A stretch of DNA of 64,000 bases, from NCBI RefSeq assembly GCF_006345805.1, contig NC_043004.1:24242001-24306000 (forward strand). Reading direction: 5' to 3'. Shown here piece after piece: positions 56,941 to 64,000 of this stretch. The notes under the pieces are model-generated. The model saw only the letters and a list, made by a program, of their open reading frames with translations. It did not search any database and was not told where the DNA came from. The stretch's first letter is position 1; each line of letters starts with the position of its first letter. The stretch is from Octopus sinensis (lineage: Eukaryota). Position numbers and translations under genes: made by a program.

Positions 56941-56985
<45 letters not shown>

Positions 56986-57255
56986 TGTGTGATTATGTGG
57001 GTGTGTGTGCGTGCTTGCGAGTGTAGATTTATAAATTTAAGATATGCCGTTATATTCAATCGCTAGTTGCACATAGATTCATAATCCTACAATCTAAGTT
57101 CCCTTAACTGATCTTACAAAATCCAGCTGGAAACATCTGTTCATACATGTATTGATGGATGTATACCAATAATTACACATAAAGATGTATGCTTTTGCGC
57201 GTGTATGCATATATATGTGCGTGTGTGTGTGTGTATACACATATATACAAACATG

Positions 57256-57304
<49 letters not shown>

Positions 57305-57384
57305 GTATACATACAAACAGATCTATATGTATATACATATATATACATACAAATGCATATGTATATCTATCTATCAATCTATAT

Positions 57385-57440
<56 letters not shown>

Positions 57441-57583
57441 CAGGCGTACATAAACAAATACATTAATAATGCATATAAACATATATGTATTCATACGTGT
57501 AGGTGTATGTGCATGGGCATCCTTGTGTGTGTGAGAGTGTTAGTGTGTGCAGTTGCATATGTATTCTGAATTTCATTACATAA

Positions 57584-57664
<81 letters not shown>

Positions 57665-58001
57665 CATTCATAAACACACGCATATACTTAGATGTAAGGA
57701 CAGGTAATAACAAACATATATATGCATTTATGGATATAAGTATGAGTATGTATATATACATATAGAGGTTTATATATTCAAACATTCATATACACTAACA
57801 CATACATATACACGTATAGACATATATATATATGTATATTATATGTACATATTACATATATAAGTGTATATATATACACATAGATATATATATATTATAC
57901 ATATATATAGACATATATGCATATATATAGATATGTATGTATATATATATGTATATATATATATGTATATATATATGTATATATATATATATATAATATA
58001 T

Positions 58002-58067
<66 letters not shown>

Positions 58068-59863
58068 TATTATATATATATATATTTATGTATAAATATA
58101 TATAATATATTCATATTCTCAATGATGATATATCCACAGAAAAATTTAGAAAAAAATATTACGTGTAAAGATTTGTATCATTATTTTAAAGCAGGTGAAA
58201 CGTAATCCTTCGATCGTCAATGAGTTTAGCTGAAACGCGTAGATATCCTGGTGTTAAGTAATTTGTATCCGGAATAAGAAACAACAAATATGTACGTATA
58301 TTTCTTCCACGTGTGCATTCGGTTTTGTGTATGCGTTTAGGAATGTTCTTATGTACGTGCTAGATTGTGATGTGTTGTGTGATATGTGTGTGTGTTTGTA
58401 TGCATGTGTATATGTATGTATGTATTAAGAATTTGAGGATCTTGAGGATTTTGTACAAAGATATGAGTATGTAATTGCGTCTGCGTGTGCCTGAAGATAT
58501 AGATGTATGTGTGTGTGTGTGTGTGTAATGGAAATAGATTGTTAAATCTATACCCAAGATTGCCACAGGTATTCCAGTGTGTTCTACCTATTTGAAAGAT
58601 TATTCACTCACTTTACTCTCCTCCGTAAAAGTGTTTTCTGCATACTTAACATAAGACTTGTCACCTTGTTGGGATGATACGTGCAAACATATATATGTTG
58701 TTAGTGTTTGTGAGTAAATGTATGAATATATGTATATATATGTGCGTATGGATATAAGTATGTATATATGTAGGTATGTACGTATGTATGTATTTATGAA
58801 TGTATGAATGTATGTAAATATGAATGAATGAATATCTATATGTGTATATCAGTTTTTGTATGTATTAGTGTATGCATGTACGTATATATGTTTGTTTCTA
58901 TGAATGTTATGTAAATCCCGCTGGAGATATCTCCCGTTAATCGGCTGTTAACACAAAATTCCACATCGCTTGTGAGCCATCTGTTTTCTGTGATGAAATC
59001 GTCCACGAATTATCCCAATTGCTTTCTTGAGTTGCTCAGCGTAGAAATAAACACTGCAATTTGAAAATCTAACAGTGAAATGATGTAATAGTTATTCTCT
59101 ATAAGGAAAATGCGAAACATTTTCTCTTTCAACAGGTTTCTAAAGAGAGAAAGACTTGCACACACTTCCTATTTCGTCATAGAACATACTTCAGTACGTT
59201 AGAGGAAAAAAAGACAGGTTAAAACTAGATAAACACCGAAAGATTTTGATTCACGCTGGACCGAAGCGGCATCATAATCATCAACAAAGACAGATAAGAA
59301 TATAGGCTCGTACATATTCTGATATCTTTATATCTAGGTGTCTGTGAGTGTGAATGTTTGAGTACGTGTTTGTGTAGAATGAAAGAAATAAATAACAACA
59401 GAAAAATGTATAGGCTTTCACAAAGAAAAAAAAATGCGTGTGACAGACAATTATAGTGTTTATTCACACTTACAAAAATACATTCATACGTACACATACC
59501 CAGACATGTATGTGTATACATCCATATTTATATATATGTGTGTGTGTGTGTGTGTGAGTGTTTACGGTGTATTCTTGTGCATGTACATACGTTATTGAGA
59601 TTATGTGTGTCAGCCATAATTAAAGGAGGTGAGAGAAGCAGACAGACAGAGAAAGAGTAGATATAGATAGAGAGGGAGACAAAATAATTAAGAGAGAAAG
59701 CATAATGATTAAATGAAGAGCAAAGATTAATTACATGGGTTAATAAGATGCGTATCTCTCTAACCCCACTACCTCGCACGGATGAGAGAGAGATTAACGA
59801 TGTGTTGATTTATATCTCTTACAACATAGGAAAAAATTGTCCCGTCACTCTAAACGAAGCTAC

Positions 59864-59897
<34 letters not shown>

Positions 59898-59914
59898 ATA
59901 TATATATATATATA

Positions 59915-59968
<54 letters not shown>

Positions 59969-60149
59969 TACACCTACACACACGCACACACACTCACACA
60001 CATGCACACACACACACATGCATATATATATATATATATATACATATAAATGTATCTATACACTCGAATGAAATTATCATATATATATGCGTATATGTGT
60101 ATATAAACATACGTTTATTTGTACAGCCGGCGATGATTATGACGATACT

Positions 60150-60211
<62 letters not shown>

Positions 60212-60528
60212 TGATGATGATAATAATAAACAATGATTTATGTTTGCCCGCTGTGCATAAATTTTCTGTTCAGCCACATTGATATTTGACACATCGTATC
60301 AACAATGATATCATTTTAGTTAAGATTTATCGTTAAGTGTTACTATTATCGCTTTGCTTGTTCCGTTGTAGTAATTCATAGAATCTTCCTTCAAGTGTCA
60401 TATTTCCCAGAATCTACAGATAAGCACCACAAGCTACATGAATGTTCTCTATGTCCTGCTGATAAGAACTTTTGTCCCATGACGCTTTAACAAATAAATT
60501 ATTGTTATTGTTGGTGATGCTGCTGTTG

Positions 60529-60598
<70 letters not shown>

Positions 60599-62139
60599 TG
60601 ATTATTTGATGACCAATAAATATCTTGTGATCTTTAAAGGTTTGTCTGTATTTTTAATCGACTCTCTCTTACCTTTCCTCTATCTCACTACTCTTCCCAG
60701 GACCCCCACACACACACGCACACATACACACATGTACAGAAAGAGAGAGAGAGAGAGAGTAAGAGAGCGAGAAGGAAAGGCAGTATGAGAAGGAAAGTAA
60801 TACTTTGTATGTATGCAAATATACAAATACACACATATATGCTTGTCTGAGTGAATGTACATATATGTGTGTGTATATACGTACATATGTATGTAAGTAT
60901 GTATGCTCGTTTGTATGTATGAGTGCATGTATGTATGTGTGTATGTATGTATGTATGTATATATGTATGTGTGTATGTATTTATGTATTGTATTGTATTA
61001 TATTGTATTGCTAGTGTATTTGTTCAATGTAATTGCTCGCCTAATTTGTTACTGATGTTATCAGATAAATTTCGAATTTATGTTTTTCTGATAAAGTGAG
61101 TGAATATGATGAGAAGGTTAAGAGGGAGGCAAAATCGTGTAGCTATCGGTTACTATGGTTTTCGTGAGATTCGGTGAAAGGTGAGGATTGATTGTGATGG
61201 AGTCGGAGGGGAACTGCTGTCATTCCATCACTTCTTGTAAATTTCTCTCTTTGATTCAAATGTAAATCACACTCTACGCCTGTCTACGCACATCCTTTCA
61301 CTTGTTGGATCATATTTATACAGAAACAGCTTGTCGAATCAATGAGGGCTCCTTTGATTATAGGTCTATGTCATCAAAGCAAACTCGGACCTGAATTATG
61401 GCGTTAACAACATCACTAACAACTATCTAGGAAAAGTCATCATATATTTGGTGAACATTGTCGGAAGAACTTTTACATATTCCAGAACAACATTACAGCT
61501 GAAGTGTAAGAGCTCACTGAATAGTTCCACTTGCGAGAAAAAGCTGCCAAGTTTCATCATGATATATCCTAACAAACTAACAGAGGTAGAAAATATGTGG
61601 AAAGAAAAGATGGGATATTCGTAGATTAAATGCTTCCTGTCATGTTCGTTGTATCGGAATCAACTTCGACTTATATAGTCATATAAGAAGAGTAAAAACA
61701 CACAACAGAGACATTAGGTTTTTCTTTCAAGAATAAAAGTGTATATATGCTAAAATAATAGTGTACTTTACTTTAATTGCCAATTCATCTAACTTGATTA
61801 TATTGCTTCGAAGCCACACTTTTAGTGTTAGTGAGTGATGGTGGTGACAATTGTCAATTTTCTTCATATTGTTATCGAAAACACCAAACAATTTTAGTTG
61901 AAATTACGCTGTTGTTATAAAGAATCTGAAGGAAACAAAGCTTCCAACGGTATTTGCATTGTTTGATATTCTTCTGGCAAAAATTGGAAATAAATATCTA
62001 TTGTAAAATTGATACATAAGCATGTATCTATCTACGGAAGTGTCACAGCTATTGTTAAAGCAAACGAATAGAAATAGCAATACACCTAATTCTTATATCT
62101 AATTCTAGTTATAAAGGTGCATACTTGTATATAACTGTA

Positions 62140-62506
62140 ATATCAGTTGACGAGAATGCTCGACAAGGAAGAAATACTATAAAATTTCATAGGATTACTT
62201 GGAGTATTTAGCACTATTAGATTTATAAAAACAAATAGAATATAAACAATTGCATCGTGGAAGTTTTCTATAAGCTTTGCGACCTGCTCACGGACAACAT
62301 TCCGCGCGGCACGGAATTTTATCAGTGAACAGGTTGCGGTTTCAAAGCGACGAAAATATTTTGACAAATTTAATTTAAATGTTGAAGTGAATCTAATGGT
62401 TTTTGTGCGCTTTTAAATAGCTTATAAACGCCTTCCACGCTGCAATTATTTTTGTTTCAGCACATGATCTCAGATCAGGTCACATGCTATGCAAGTACAT
62501 CTCTGT
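62140..62506. mobile_element. Probable DNA-transposon/MITE end
   Basis: Ends gatctcagatcaggtcacatgctatgcaagtacatctctg|ta, a TA-flanked CAG terminus. The partner TIR was not found. Confidence 0.4.
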
Positions 62507-63054
62507 AAATAAGATATATGTTGCATGTATTAAATTTGATGCCTTATGTTACAACCTGCTGTCCATGTGCTAAGATCATCAGTCGTTAATTCTCACAATT
62601 CATTAGTCTTAATTCTCATTCTGCTTCATTGATTCCCTGCCGAGTGACGTTGACGGAAACTGGTCAGATACATGAAGTTAGAAAAGAGTTACAAATACTT
62701 AGTGTCCTCTTTCTGTTGCAATTATCTGTACGAAGTAATTTCACCAAATTTACGTTACTAAACTCTAGGGAAATATATCTAGGTGCAACATATCTTATTT
62801 TGTAATTCATCTAAAATTATGAACCTTTGAGACTAGTAAATAAAAGAAACCAATATTTTGAAAGAAAGAGACAGTAAGAACAGTGTATCGGTAGAAATTG
62901 CACTCAGCCAGACTTCATGAATTCCAATTTGTTAATGCCCTCATTTCATTTAACATTAGTATTAACTTCATTATAATCGATAATATGAATTCCAATCATA
63001 CTATAAGGTTCTATAGATAGCATCAGTAATATGAGATCATCATCATTATTATTA

Positions 63055-63110
<56 letters not shown>

Positions 63111-63126
63111 ATTATTATTATTATTA

Positions 63127-63690
63127 TGTGTTTAACTTTTAATTTGTATTTGTACAAGTTGATTCCCAGTCTCACCCAGAGACCTCAAGAGACAACAAGT
63201 TAGATTTTTGTGTTGGTGCTATGCGTAGTGTGTCATATATTTGGTTTAGCACAGTATTGTTCTAGAGAATGTTTAAGAAACCATAAGAAAACTATGAGTT
63301 TGTTTTAAAATTTGAGATTACATAGTCAGTATTTTACGTAGGATATGGGCAGTTCCCATGAGCACTTTAATTTCAATTTCTGCCATTTTGGGGTTTCTTG
63401 ATATATGGGCTAGGTAGAAATCAGCCCCTTTTGCTATCATTCCTAGGGCACCTATGACAACAGGTATTGTTTTAGTCTTCAGGTTGCACATTTTGCCAAT
63501 TTCTATTTCAAGATCTTTATCCTTGCTCAGTTTTTGGCAGGTCTTGACAGATACATTTATGTCGACTAGGGCAGTATATCAATGAAGAGGTGTGATTTAT
63601 GTCTGAAGTCTTTCAATATCATGTCTGGCCTATTCGCATCTATCTTTCTGTCAGTTTGAATGATGAAGTTCCAGAGGAGTGGAATGTGAT
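63127..63690 (-). mobile_element. R4/Dong-clade non-LTR retrotransposon 3' fragment (restriction-like endonuclease) ending at (TAA)n
   Basis: Minus translation LWNFIIQTDRKIDANRPDMILKD...KLSKDKDLEIEIGKMCNLKTKTIPVVIGALG...LMGTAHILRKIL. The 3' end adjoins (tta)n at 63043-63126. Confidence 0.88.
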
Positions 63691-64000
63691 TTGAGCTCTG
63701 AGGCCTATCTAATCGACTTTCCAAAAAATTCCGGCCTCGTGTCTAAAATATAAAGTATTATTTTCAGGGAAAATATTGGAGTGTATCAACTCGACGGATA
63801 TGCCGAGACAAACTACTTTTGTCTCTAAAGAACCTAACTGTATGTAATAAAATACTTGAAGACCAAAATTGATAATGTCTTCTAATTGTTTAATAATCTT
63901 GTACTCTGTTGTATTTAGTTGCGGTATAATTTACCGGAGGAGTTTGCTTGTGTATTTTTGCTGCCCGCAGTTAGTTTTCTTTCAATAATGTGGTAAACAG

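Noticed and set aside
58212-58248. TCAATGAG-TTTAGCT-GAAACGCGTA hammerhead-like motif
   Set aside because: The core has several mismatches and stem I is weak. Too degenerate to support.

Overview
AT-rich, microsatellite-dense animal genomic DNA. The SINE families look like those of octopus/coleoid cephalopods (inferred from repeat motifs, not from a search). Only one host coding exon is supportable. It lies on the minus strand (27713-28480) and encodes the signal peptide and ANF-receptor-type ligand-binding domain of a natriuretic-peptide-receptor / receptor guanylyl cyclase. It has a splice acceptor just upstream of the ATG and a phase-1 GT donor, so most of the window is probably intronic. 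The rest is mobile-element debris: many tRNA-derived SINEs (several with 15-17 bp TSDs), a complete non-autonomous Helitron, DD37D mariner and Tigger/pogo fossils, RTE and R4/Dong LINE 3' ends, and a deleted Penelope-like (Naiad-type) RT element. The most interesting signal is a set of foldback / inverted-repeat elements sitting in (TA)n tracts. Their arms carry type I hammerhead-ribozyme-like motifs with a variant CCGANGA core and a stem I that differs in sequence but stays paired between copies. Nearly all ORFs in the supplied track are microsatellite artefacts.
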